DNA of 64,000 nucleotides, taken from Octopus vulgaris (taxonomy: Eukaryota). The notes beneath the pieces are model-generated. The model was given only the letters and a program-made list of their open reading frames with translations. It was not told the DNA's origin and made no database searches. Positions 13,984-26,525 of this stretch are shown here, in pieces. The stretch covers positions 101,370,001-101,434,000 of the forward strand of contig OX597820.1 of the NCBI GenBank assembly GCA_951406725.2, written 5' to 3'. Numbering within the stretch: the first letter of the stretch is position 1; every line of letters begins with the position of its first letter. The translations under genes were made by a program, and so were the position numbers.

Positions 13984-15118
13984 GTAAAAGAAACCAATCG
14001 TCTCTCAAAACAGATACACTTTCTGACAGTGGTTTAGTAAAGGCATGCCAAAAAAAGCATTCCTCCATATCCCTTACTGATCCCATTATTAATACAAATA
14101 AGTGCCTTCAAAAAATTGATGGACAAGTTAACGAAGCCTTCTTAATTGACAGGGAAACTCCGGAAAATTTGTCCCTGGAAAACTGTCACAATCACCAATC
14201 TGAAAATATAAATTCTGCCCAGGAAAGTGAAAATACATTATCTGATTGCTCTGAAGTTGCCGAAGTAATTCCTAACAATATTGATACAGTATTGAGTTGT
14301 TCAGAATCTGGAGGGTGTCATTCAAATAATGTTGACTCATTATCTGCGTCTTCAGAACGTTTAGAAGTTGTCTCATTAAGTAATGTTGACACTATGTCAA
14401 GTTGTTCAGAACCTTTAGAGGTTATTCTGCATGACGATGTCATATCTGTTTGTTCAGAGCCAGCAGATGTTTCAAAAGATTCCAATTTACACTCCAATTA
14501 TTCAGACAATTGTACATCAGCACGAGACTTGGTTTCCAACAACAGCAGCAGTGCCCTATCAAATAGTAGTGATCTCAACAAAAAAGAAGATAAAAGTGAT
14601 TCGTGCATAGACAGCCCAACTGAGGCCTCTCAAGACAATAGTCTTGGCCCTTGTTCTTCATCAACCATTACAAGTGAAAGAAATTCAACTGACGAACAGA
14701 TAACAATACTTGAGCTTCTGAAAGAGGAGTATGCTAAAACGAATCTTGGGGAAAAAATTAAAGAAGAGGTGATAGTGGAGGAGGAGGAGGAGGAAGAAGA
14801 TTCTGAAGTGAAGGATGAATTTGAATCTGATTATTATCAACCACCCCATAGTCCCCTCCATAATCAAAAATCAGCTAGCGACCCAGACATTCATCAAAGT
14901 GTCATTAGTCGGATTAGGGGCACTGAGCTATCTCTTGGTGAGACATTAACAGAAGGCACAAGTAGTATTGGACCAAAAAGTAATGTCTGGTCACAGACTT
15001 CAAACACTGGGTCTTCTGCCATATCATCGTCATCATCATTTCCTGAACTTTCGCGGATATACAACTTAAAATATGATACACCGAGGCTTGTGCCACCTGT
15101 AGGGAACAAAACTTTGAA
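13984..15118 (+). CDS. FAM135A: FAM135 family protein, large acidic/Ser-rich internal exon (upstream exons not found in window)
   Basis: Open 378-codon stretch after a polypyrimidine tract + tag at 13981-13983. Ends at gtaagt (15119) in phase 2, matching the phase of the 31574 exon. FAM135 proteins have a large low-complexity central exon upstream of DUF676. Confidence 0.85.
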
Positions 15119-15624
15119 GTAAGTAGTTTTTTTTTTTTTTATCCTTTCAACCCTTCTTTGTTGTATTAAAATTTTCTACAATCTGTTCTTCTTCCTCAAG
15201 TACATTTACTGTTGATGCTCAAATATAAGATGAGCCTAAATACAAGTAACCTTTGGTACATTTCAGGAAATTCTACAATTATTTAAGTCATTCTGTCTGT
15301 TTCTGGAACTCTCTGCCGAAATAAAATAACTTTTTATGTGAACTCTCTTAAAACTCAAATATAAAGCAATCTGTTTTAATTTTTTTAATGAATTGTATAA
15401 GCTACAAGTTACATTTAAACATATACAATATTTATGTGTTTTTCTTATTGTTGTTTAACTCGAAGTCAACCCTAACTAAGCAAACTTGTGGTCAAATGTA
15501 CTCCAGCTGTAGCAGTCCCATCTTTTTGTAAACCAAGGAGTGCATTGTCTTTATTTTAGAAAATTTGGTGTTCTATGAGGAAGAATTAGCTGCTTTTTCT
15601 AGCAGATCAAGTGACTGTGTAGAG

Positions 15625-15843
15625 CAGTGCTTTTCAAAATTTTTGCTGGAGCGGAACCCCAAGGAAACATTCCACTGGCTTGAGGAACCCCTGTGCAACA
15701 ATTTAATAGTCTTATGCACACATATCTGCACAGGAGAATTAAAAATTACTGCCGATTTTAGCAGTTTTGTAACTTCTTGCGGAACCCCTGGACTGTGCTG
15801 GCGGAACCCTAAGGTTCCACGGAACCCTGGTTGAAAACCACTG
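15625..15843. mobile_element. hAT (Charlie-like) MITE
   Basis: TIRs CAGTGCTTTTCAA / TTGAAAACCACTG and a perfect 8-bp TSD GTGTAGAG. Confidence 0.92.
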
Positions 15844-16369
15844 GTGTAGAGTCTGAATGTGTGACTGATAACATATGCTTATACTTTTGAATATATACAT
15901 TGTTTATCATTGACATTCAAATAAATGAGGCAAACTACTCTATTATTATATGGTGTAGGTTACTTAAGCAGATGATAGTTATAAGAAGTTAGAAATAAGC
16001 TCAGGAACTTTTGGAATGAAGCAGTTGTTGGATCACACCTTGAAAATTAACACCATCAAATGAACTGAAGTAGGATTAAGACATATAAGAAGTACGTCAT
16101 TGTGACGAGTGTAACGCACACTGACTTGGTAATGACAAACATGTGCAATGGCTTGTGTATGTTAAGAGTAATTTGTTGCTATTGTGCAAAAATGCCATAA
16201 GTGTAAAACATTGCTGTTTCAGAAAATGAAAAAATAGTTTCTCCATTCCATTTCTTTTTACATTTGCAACAGTTTCAGCTTAACAATAATACTTTGTTGA
16301 GTGCATTAAATTGTAACTCCATGCATGTATGACATTTTCAGTCAGAAATATTTTTGCAAAGCCGTCATA

Positions 16370-16540
16370 GGTGCAGGAGTGGCTGTGTGGTAAGTAGCTT
16401 GCTAACCAACCACATGGTTCCGGGTTCAGTCCAACTGCGTGGCATCTTGGGCAAGTGTCTTCTGCTATAGCCCCGGGCCGACCAAAGCCTTGTGAGTGAA
16501 TTTGGTAGACGGAAACTGAAAGAAGCCCGTCGAATATATG

Positions 16541-16577
<37 letters not shown>

Positions 16578-16781
16578 TTGTCCCCCTAGCATTGCTTGAC
16601 AACTGATGCTGGTGTGTTTACGTCCCCGTCACTTAGCGGTTCAGCAAAAGAGACCGATAGAATAAGTACTGGGCTTACAAAGAATAAGTCCCGGGGTCGA
16701 TTTGCTCGACTAAAGGCGGTGCTCCAGCATGGCCGCAGTCAAATGACTGAAACAAATAAAAGAGTTAAAGAGTAAAGAGAG
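16370..16781 (+). mobile_element. young tRNA-derived CORE-type SINE with internal (TA)n(TG)n
   Basis: A box TGGCTGTGTGG, B box GGTTCAGTCC, CORE-like CTTGGGCAAGTGTCTT, AAAGAGT tail. Confidence 0.9.
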
Positions 16782-17699
16782 TAATATATGGAACTTACTA
16801 CACTCTTGAAAAATGCTAAACTGTTGCACAATTTTCATATCTTGGCATCTGAAGCAGCTGGAGATACGATGGTTTGACCAAAAGGACCGACTATTGCAAG
16901 CAAAATTATATATTGAAAAAATGCATTTGGCCAAATTTGGACATACAACAGTTTGACATAATAGCAATGAATTGTATATGTAAAAAGATATTGTTTGCCA
17001 ATTGTTTATGCACACCTTTCCACTCTAGTTTTCTTTTTTTAATACTAATGTAATCATTAATATAGGTTGTTTGTTAGGGCATTAGGTAGAATGCTTTTCA
17101 GTATTCGTTTTGGCTGCTTTGCTCTTACTTCAGTCCCACTGGTGTCAATTTTGTCTTTCATTATTTTGGATTCAATAAATATAATGACGATCCAGGGAAG
17201 TGGATTGGCAGAAATGCAGAAATATTGGAGTGTTGGTTGCGATACTGTGTAGTATTAATTGTCTGACTTTATGGCTTCATGTTTTGATGGTACCAATGTC
17301 TGTGACAGTATTGGTGCCCTGTTGTATTAGTCCTTGCATTTCCTTTAGATAACCTTGATATTGTGGAGAAGGGGAGACTTATTTGCACGGACAACTGTTT
17401 ATTTAACAAAACAAAACAAAACGAAAAAAGATGTGCCATGTAGTGGGACTGAACTTTAAACCTTGTGGTTGGGAAGCAAAGTTTTTAACCACAATGTCAT
17501 GCTTGCATTTCAGAGAACCCAGACAAATTTCTATCTCATCTAGTAAGTTGAAATCACCATTGGCAAAGTCAGGTTTTAATCTGATTGAATCCAGTCTAAT
17601 TCAATAACTTTGTAATCTAACCTGATTGGTCAGTTGTGTCAGCAAACATGATTGTCAACTCATTTTGGGCAACACTGTCTATTATGTTATAATTAAACT

Positions 17700-17905
17700 A
17701 CGACTTCGATACCAACCTGGCTCTGTAGTACAAAGGTCTTGTTTTCATAAATTTTGAATTAAAATCTTCCACCAAACCTTAGTCACAATTTATGCTCCTA
17801 ACACTAGCTTAATGATAGCTAAGTTATTTTACTAAATTCCTTGTTATATTTAAAATAATTGAAAGAAACCTAGAGCATCTCAAAATAGATACAGTAACAA
17901 AAGGG
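17700..17905. mobile_element. piggyBac-type MITE, same family, decayed left end
   Basis: Body matches 1563-1782 and ends AAAAGGG-TTAA. Confidence 0.8.
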
Positions 17906-18581
17906 TTAAGTCATGTAAAATATTAACACGGAGATGAAGATTAAATTATGTCATAGGTTGGATAGTGCTGCAAATTCTGATATTTTTTTGCCGTATTTAT
18001 TACCAACTGGAAATTTATGATGGAGTCTTTATTATATCTAACTGTTTTCTTCAATTGCTAAGTAAAAGTAGAAACTTTCACCTAAACTGATGCTGGCAAA
18101 TAGAATAATGTATCAGTCCTAAAACTGGTATTGAATCGCCATAAGATTTCAATCTAGGACCTTAATTATTCAGTTACTATAGCTTTTATTTCAGTTTTAT
18201 TGTATTTTGAAGAGTTGACATATTAACTTTTTAACTCATTTATATATATATATATATATATCTATCTAAAGTAAAAATATCTATTACTTAAAAGAATGCC
18301 AACATTCCAGATGAAATAATATTTAATCCGTTTCTCTAAATTTTGGAATCTAATTTATCTAAAAGTAGACCATGCTTATTTGGCGTGAGACTTATTGACT
18401 CTTGGAAAGGAAAAGTTAGCAAGATCAACTTAGCAGAACAGTTATTTTAATTTTGGCAAATATCAGAATGTCAGAGAAAAATGGTGAAGTTGTATCTGGT
18501 GGAATGCTTGGATTCATATAAAGCTAGTTTCTTATAAGTTGGATTGTTTTGACTTGAAAAAATGTTAAGAACACATACACA

Positions 18582-18744
18582 GGTGCAGGAGTGGCTGTGT
18601 GGTAAGTAGCTTGTTTACCAACCACATGGTTCCGGGTTCAGTCCCACTGTGTGGCACCTTGGGCAAGTGTCTTCTACTATAGCCTCGGGCCGACCAAAGC
18701 CTTGTGAGTGAATTTGGTAGACGGAAACTGAAAGAAGCCCGTCG

Positions 18745-18781
<37 letters not shown>

Positions 18782-18977
18782 TTGTCCCCCTAGCATTGCT
18801 TGACAACCGATGCGGGTGTGTTTATGTCCCCGTTACTTAGCGGTTCGGCAAAAGAGACCGATAGAATAAGTACTGGGCTTACAAAAGAATAAGTCCCGGG
18901 GTCGAGTTGCTCGATTAAAGGCGGTGCTCCAGCATGGCCGCAGTCAAATGACTGAAACAAGTAAAAGAGTAAAGAGT
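18582..18977 (+). mobile_element. CORE-type SINE copy
   Basis: Near-identical to 16370-16781. Confidence 0.9.
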
Positions 18978-19681
18978 ATACACATACACACACACACACA
19001 AATATATGTTGTTTATGGATGGAAAGGTGTGTTTGTGTGAGGGGGTGGGGTGCTGTTAGCATTATTTATGGATTTAATATGTGGGTGTGGCAGGATACAC
19101 CTGATAGCTTTACTACTTTTCAATGGACATGTCCATTCCTGTAAAAGGAATTAGTCATATGTAAGGCTGTATCATCAACCAGGCACACACATGCATATAC
19201 ATATGTATCTGATTAATGGGCTTTGTAGTTTGTATACAGGCAAATAAATTTTCGTCCAAGGGATATCAATCAGTTATCAATATTCCGATCAAAAGACAGT
19301 TTCATTATCTTCTTTCAAAAACTGGATGGATTTTTTTCTGATTGTTTTACTCTGTGGTTTCTGTGGTTACCATGAAAATATTCCTTGTAATAGATTTTGT
19401 TGAGTTTAGGAATTTCTGTGAGAGACTTGGTATTAATGTGCTTTGTTTTTTTATGAAGAACTAAGTGCTATAGGTTTGCTATGTGATTTTTAACATCCTA
19501 GCTGATGTTAAATATATATATATATATATATATATCAGCCGAAATTGCTTGGATGATCCGGTTCTTGACTGAAGATTGAAGGCTTCGAATGTCCCGTCTG
19601 TGTTTTTTGTATCGTCTTCTAAATGTTTTACGTTCTTCTCCCAGTTTGTATTTTTCTACATATAATATATATATTGATATA

Positions 19682-19748
<67 letters not shown>

Positions 19749-22700
19749 GTATCTGTTTGTATGTCTGTGTTTGTCTCCCCAACATCACTTGACAACCAAT
19801 GGTGGTGTGTGTTTATGTCCTTGTAACTTAGCGGTTCTGCAAAAGAGATCGATAGAATAAGTACTAGGCTTACAAAGAATATGTCCTGGGGTCGATCTGT
19901 GAGACTGAAGGCGGTGCTCCAGCATGGCAACAGTCAAATGACTGAAACGAGTAAAAGAGTAAAGAGAGTACCGTTCTCCTCAGTGCAGAAAAAGAATGCA
20001 TCAAAAAATTATTATTATTATTACATAAGACTTGTAGGAGGAAGTAGCAAAAGGCATCTTCAGATATACATATTTTATCCTTATGGAAGATCATGATCAT
20101 ACCTAAAACAAAAGTTGTCATTGAGTCTAGTTGTGAAAGAACTAAAACTTTTTAGCTCTTTTGCAACTAGACTTCAACACCCTAACCACTAAGTCTGACA
20201 GGTTCCTATGTGTTGGAGGCCACATTGTGCTTCACTCCCTTTATTTTGGCATGGTTTCTATGTTTGGGTTGCCCTTTCTAATACAATTTCTTTACAGTGT
20301 TTTGGGTGCTCTTTTGTGGCTCCAGCATCAGTGAAGTTGCTGTGAAACTTTCAAGACTGAAGACCCTAAAGGTCTCACATGGCTGAGAGCAGAATAGGAA
20401 AGGGAACATGCTGATTGTAGGTGAGGTGGTGAGAGAGGGTGAAGTAGAATGCAAGGAACAAATTTATGGTCATGAGAGGGTGGTAGTGGAGTGAGTAACA
20501 GAGTTGACATGGTTAGGGGTTTGTGTATGGAATGAGCAGGAGAAAAGGGGGAGGGATTAGTACCAGCGGTTAGGGAGAAAGGGAGGGATATAGAAGGGGT
20601 GATGAGGTGTGTTGATTAGGGAAAGGATCCAGTGCTCTTCCACATTATAAAGGCAAATATAGGTGTTGTGAGGAGAGGGGAATATGAGAGAAAAAGATGA
20701 GGGTTGGCAAGAATTCTGAAGCCCCGTTGGTGGGAATTGTGCCACCAATGGTGGAAGTTGTAAAAAAGAAGTAAAACGGGACAGTCCCGTCGGTTTATAC
20801 ACTGTCGGCATGTTCCGAAGCCCCATTGGTGAGAATTGTACCACAGACGGAGGAAGTTTTAGTCTCGACCCAATGGAGGAACGATACTTGGTTTTCTCCA
20901 GAAAGTGAGAGGCGATAGAAAAGCTTTTTAAAAAGCTTGCCAGTGGAGGAGACATAACCTGAAATGGACCCCTTCCTAGTGGACGTGTTCCGTTCCAATT
21001 GAGGTACCCTGATCTGGCACTATCGGAGTGCCTGAGTGACACTTCATGCTGGGTCGGGTGCTGGCGGGGCAGAAATTTGTAAAAGTAAGAGGATGAGTGC
21101 CTCATATTGAAAAGGCATATGGCCCATAAGGAAAGATTGTAAGAGGCCAAGTGCTTCATTTCAAGAACATGGTGTCATTTGAGGTAAGAGGCTTAGTGCC
21201 TCATTGTAAGGACCTTGAGTTCAAAAGAAATATTGGTAAGATGTTTGTTGCCTCAAATTGTAAGTTTACAAAAGAACAATGTTTTAGAGAAGCAAAGATT
21301 GGGGGGCGTCTTTTGCCTTTCCTCATTAATATCATCCTGTTCATCATTCATCTCATCTCATTAATGTCTTTGTCCAGCCCGCAGTTTCTCCATCTGTGTA
21401 CGACTTTCATAGCCAATTTAATGAAATAAAGAGTTCAGAGAGGGTCATGGAAGGAAAGAGATTTGTGGCAGATGTGGGATAGGCCAGAAAGTGAGAGGTG
21501 ACTGGGGAATAAGGTAACAGAGATAAGGTGTAGGGAGAGGGGAGTGTGGGAGAATGGTAGGTGAAAGCAGTGAAAGTAGTGAAAGAAAGAGAGGCTGGAA
21601 GGGACCCTAGAAATGGGAATGGAGAACAGATTATGAATGCAGGGGAAGTATCCCAGGTGGGGTTGGGGTTGCAGAGAAGGGACAATGAAAGAGAAAGGGA
21701 TAGAAGAGTAGTGGTTGAATACAGTGCGTAGGTGTGTGTGTGTATGTGTGTGTGTTTGCATGCATGCTTACGTATACATGTGTGTATTGGCTTTTGTTTC
21801 AAACTATCCCTTGAAATATAAGGAAATAGAATATAGGTGAAAAGTCATGAGGTTATTGATTGCATATATAGATCACCATTAGCGAGATGAGTGGCACACT
21901 TTACTTATTGATATTTCCAGATCAATATTGATATTGATATTATTATCTAAATCATTACTGTAAAAGAAATTGTCGTCATCATCATCATCATCATAACCAC
22001 CACCACCACCCTCTTTCTCATCCTTTACCTCATCAGCATCATCATCATTAGTTGCTTATGTATCCATGCATTCATTCATTTTTGTTAATGAAATGTTTTG
22101 GCTGAAAGGAACTTCAAGCTTCATTGTATACAACCATGTGCCCACACACATATATACACCTTCCGGGTTTAACAATTTCAGTTGGGTTTGGACACAGTGA
22201 TATTGATTAATTTACAGTATAATTGTGTGTGTGTGTGTGGGGGGGTGTTGTTGCTACAACTGTGCAACTTTGTGTTCATGGATAGTGGAAAAAAAAAAAG
22301 TTCCCCTCACTGAAAGAGAGAAATAGTTTGACGATATGCTTCAGCTGTTAATTCAAATGTTAGTAATTGGTGTGGAAACATTTGAAAAACAAAAATGAAG
22401 AGAGAGAGTATTTGTTCTAGAGATCCGAGTTTTTAAGGGAAACATCACCACCACTATCATCATCATCATTGACATCTTTCATGCTTGCATAGGTTGAATA
22501 GTTTGACAGGATCCATTGGGTCTGAAAATTACACTGTACTCCAATGTCTGCTTTGGAATGGTTTCTGTGGCTGGACAGCCTTTCTAATGCCAACCATTTT
22601 AATAGCCTGTACTGGGTACTTTTTTTTCATGATAGTAGCACTAGTGAGGTCACCATGCAGCTTGGGACTTAGATGGGTTGGATGGTTTGACAGGATTCAT

Positions 22701-23242
22701 TGGGTCTGAGGACTGCATTGTGCTCCAGTATCTGCTTTGGTCTGGTTTCAATGGCTGGATACCCTTCCTAATGCCAATCACTTTACAGGTACTTTTTACA
22801 TGGTATCAACACTAGTGAGATCACTATGCAACTTGCAAGATTAATATTTCCTGCAATTGAGTGAAGTTACAGTAGAGAGGGAGGAAGTTTCATGCTTAGA
22901 GATTAGGAGTTAAACTATGAGAGTAGGAGGTTAGGACAGAACATGTTTCTTACTGTGGAGGGGCTATATGGCTAGTCACATGATGCAAGAGAAGAAAGAG
23001 ATAAAACTGGTGATAATGAGGTGTCAGTATGACCCCTCTAGGAACAAGGTATGCAGAAATTAGTGTGGACAGGATGGGCAGTGAGGATGGACAGGGTTTG
23101 TGAGAGTGTATGGAAGAGTGGGCAATGATTAGATATGAGGAATATCATGAATGAAGGGAAAGTATTTAGGAATGATAAGTAGGGAAGAGTAGGTGAAAAC
23201 TGTACTGAGTGGGTAGAGTTGAAGGATAAATGTAATGTATAT

Positions 23243-23414
23243 AGGTGCAGGAGTGGCTGTGTGATAAGTAGCTTGCTAACCAACCACATGGTTCCGGGTT
23301 CAGTCCCACTGCGTGGCATCTTGGGCAAGTGTCTTCTGCTATAGCCTCGGGCCGACCGAAGCCTTGTGAGTGGATTTGGTTGACGGAAACTGAAAGAAGC
23401 CTGTCGTATATATG

Positions 23415-23447
<33 letters not shown>

Positions 23448-23650
23448 ATATGTTTGTGTGTCTGTGTTTGTCCCTCTAGCATTGCTTGATAACCATCACT
23501 TAGCGGTTCGGCAAAAGAGACCGATAGAATAAGTACTGGGCTTACAAAGAATAAGTCCCGGGGTCGATTTGCTCAACCAAAGGCGGTGCTCCAGCATGGC
23601 CGCAGTCAAATGACTGAAACAAGTAAAAGAGAGAGAGAGAGAGTAAAGAG
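23243..23650 (+). mobile_element. CORE-type SINE copy (small internal deletion)
   Basis: Same family. Confidence 0.9.
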
Positions 23651-23947
23651 TCTGTGGTGGATAAGGGGTTGGGGTGACCAATGATACATATGAGTTGTGT
23701 GTGTAGAGAGAGAAAGAGGATGCGTATTGGGGAGAGGCAGGCATGGGAAGAATGAGAGATGTACTGTGGAGGGGATTGAGCGATAATTTGTTAGCTCAGT
23801 GTGAGGAGAAGTGCTCAATGTAATAAGTTGGTGGCGAGGAAAGTATTATGAATGAAGGATGGATATCAAGTGAAATGGTTCTGGATTTTATATAATAAAT
23901 ACACACATATTTTAAGATATGCGTATAGATATATGTGCATACAGGAA

Positions 23948-23979
23948 CTCTCTCTCTCTCTCTCTTTCTCTCACACACT

Positions 23980-24010
<31 letters not shown>

Positions 24011-24048
24011 TTTCTCTCTCTCTCTCTTTTTCTCTCTCTCACACACTT

Positions 24049-24084
<36 letters not shown>

Positions 24085-24294
24085 ACACACTTTCTCTCTC
24101 TCTCTCTCACACACACACACACTTTCTCTCTCTTTCTCTCACACACACTTTCTCTCACACACACTTTCTCTCTCTCTCTCTTTCTCTCACACATACACTC
24201 TCTCTCTCTCTCTCTCTCTCACACACACTCTCTCTCTCTCTCTCTCTTTCTCTCACACACACTTTCTCTCTCTTTCTCTCTCACACACACACAC

Positions 24295-24356
<62 letters not shown>

Positions 24357-24542
24357 TCTCTCTCTCTCTCTCACACACACACTCTCTCTCTCTCTCTCTT
24401 TCTCTCACACACACACTCTCTCTCTCTCTCTTTCTCTCACACACACACTCTCTCTCTCTCTCTCTCTCACACACTCTCTCTCTCTCTCTCTCTCTCACAC
24501 ACACTTTCTCTCTCTCTCTCTCTCTCTCTCCCTCTCTCTCTC
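23948..24542. repeat. ~600-bp compound (TC)n(AC)n microsatellite
   Basis: Direct reading. Confidence 0.97.
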
Positions 24543-25490
24543 TATGTTGTTCTCTCTCATTCATTTTGTGTATATTCTTAGTGTGTGAAGCCCATGCCTT
24601 GCATTTTATTTTTCCTTAACTTTTCCATCACTCTTACAGTTTGCTTTTCCCAACTGCCACAGACGCATGGCATATATAAATGTCATTATAACTTAACTAT
24701 CTCAGGTGATACAAATATCTCCCTCAACACCATCATCATCTTCAATGATAGATCCTTTCTGCAATTTCATTTATCTTCTACCTGGCTCACATTCATCCAC
24801 TCTGCTATTAGTAACAGTGAATAATATGTTATTTAATATAGAATTCATGTATTTCACAGATGCATAATCTCTGCCCACTGCCACCTCATGCTTTGTGGCT
24901 TACGAATGATTAAATTTGATACAGGTAATCAGAGGAATTTATGATTTCAAAGCTTGCATTAGCTATTTTTATCAGGTGGTCTGGCTCAGAAATACCTCTA
25001 CAAACACTGTATATAGACTGAATTATTCAATTTGATGAAGGTAGTAGCTATGGGCTCCCTTTTGTAATGTCCAAAATGACTGTGTTCACTTCTACTGATC
25101 ACTCTGTCTCATCTGAGATATTTATATTCAACCAGATAGACTAAGATAATGCATTTCCTTTTACAGGTACGAAGCAATGAGAGGGAGATTTTTAGGCTCA
25201 CTTAGCCAGCATTATTTGCTCTCTGCTACTGTACAGTATGAATGTTTATTAAACTAACTGTATATTTCCTCTGTTTTATGACTGTGTATTTAGTGTGACA
25301 GATGAATATAAGAAGAAAGAGAATGAAAAACATGAACAAATTGATATTTAAGTATGCTAATAAATATATTAAAGTTCTTGTAATGAACCTCATTTCACTT
25401 ACATAGCTCTTCTTTATTTGACATGTAAAAGGGTTTGATATGTAAAACCTGATCTCTTTCCATTTTCTCTTTCACTCCTAAGTCCGTATT

Positions 25491-25699
25491 ACTCTTTACT
25501 CTTTTACTTGTTTCAGTCATTTGACTGCGGCCATGCTGGAGCACTACCTTTAGTCGAGCGAATCGACCCCGGGACTTATTCTTTGTAAGCCTAGTACTTA
25601 TTCTATCGGTCTCTTTTGCGGAACCGCTAAGTGACGGGGACTTAAACACACCAGCATCGGTTGTCAAGCAATGCTAGGGGGACAAACACAGACACACAA

Positions 25700-25742
<43 letters not shown>

Positions 25743-25908
25743 TACGACAGGCTTCTTTCAGTTTCCGTCTACCAAATCCACTCACAAGGCATTGGTCGGT
25801 CCGGGGCTATAGCAGAAGACACTTGCCCAAGATGCCACACAATGAGACTGAACCCGGAACCATGTGGTTGGTTAGCAAGCTACTTACCACACAGCCACTC
25901 CTGTGCCT
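25491..25908 (-). mobile_element. CORE-type SINE copy
   Basis: Reverse complement of the family consensus. Confidence 0.9.
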
Positions 25909-25956
25909 ATGTAATTCATTCCTTTCTTTTAAATGAAATATAGTCAGATATTGATA

Positions 25957-26004
<48 letters not shown>

Positions 26005-26327
26005 TTGACTGATGAGGAAATTGTGACATGTTACATGACACTAAAAGTTATGTCAATACACATGTATGTTGTGTTAGACAGTGGATGTCAACTGACCAAT
26101 TTGTTATTCAGTGGCCAACACAATATCCTAATGGTTCTGTGATTATAGGTGCAGGCATGGTTGTGTGGCGAAGAAGTTTGCTTCCCAACCATTTGGCTTC
26201 AAGTTCAGTCCCACTATGTGGTACCTTGAGCAAGTGTCTTTTATATCTTCGGAGTTAACCAAAGCCTTGCAAGCAGATTTGGTGGACAGAAACCAAAAGA
26301 AGATATATATATATATATATATATTTT

Positions 26328-26525
26328 GGAGATGTACTTGCATAGCAAGTGATTTGATCTGAGATCGTGTGCTGAAACGAAAACAATTGCAGCATGGAAG
26401 GTGTTTGTAAGCCATTTAAGAAACACACAAAAGCCGTTCGATTCACTTCCACATTTAAGTTTAATTTGTCAAAATATTTTCGGCGCTTTAAGACCGTGAC
26501 CTGTTCACTGACAAAAATCCGTGCT
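26328..26525 (-). mobile_element. ~200-bp hammerhead-bearing repeat (Penelope-like pLTR remnant), copy 1
   Basis: Aligns end to end with the reverse complement of 46057-46256. Inserted in the (TA)n tract of a SINE. Confidence 0.75.
26465..26515 (-). ncRNA. second copy of the G3:C8 hammerhead-like motif
   Basis: Reverse complement reads TTTGTCA-GTGAACA-G-GTCAC(GGTCTTAAA)GCGCC-GAAA-ATAT-TT-TGACAAA. Perfect 7-bp stem I. Confidence 0.55.

Noticed and set aside
14685-15109. Minus-strand ORFs overlapping the large exon
   Set aside because: Shadow frames of the FAM135 exon.
16370-16440. tRNA genes at SINE heads
   Set aside because: A and B boxes only, with no complete cloverleaf. They continue into SINE bodies.
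19569-19595. CTGAAGA-TTGAAGGCTTC-GAATGTC as a hammerhead
   Set aside because: No GAAA and no convincing stem I.
23852-24619. 200-255-aa ORFs rich in S/L/H/T
   Set aside because: Translations of a dinucleotide microsatellite that lacks stop codons.
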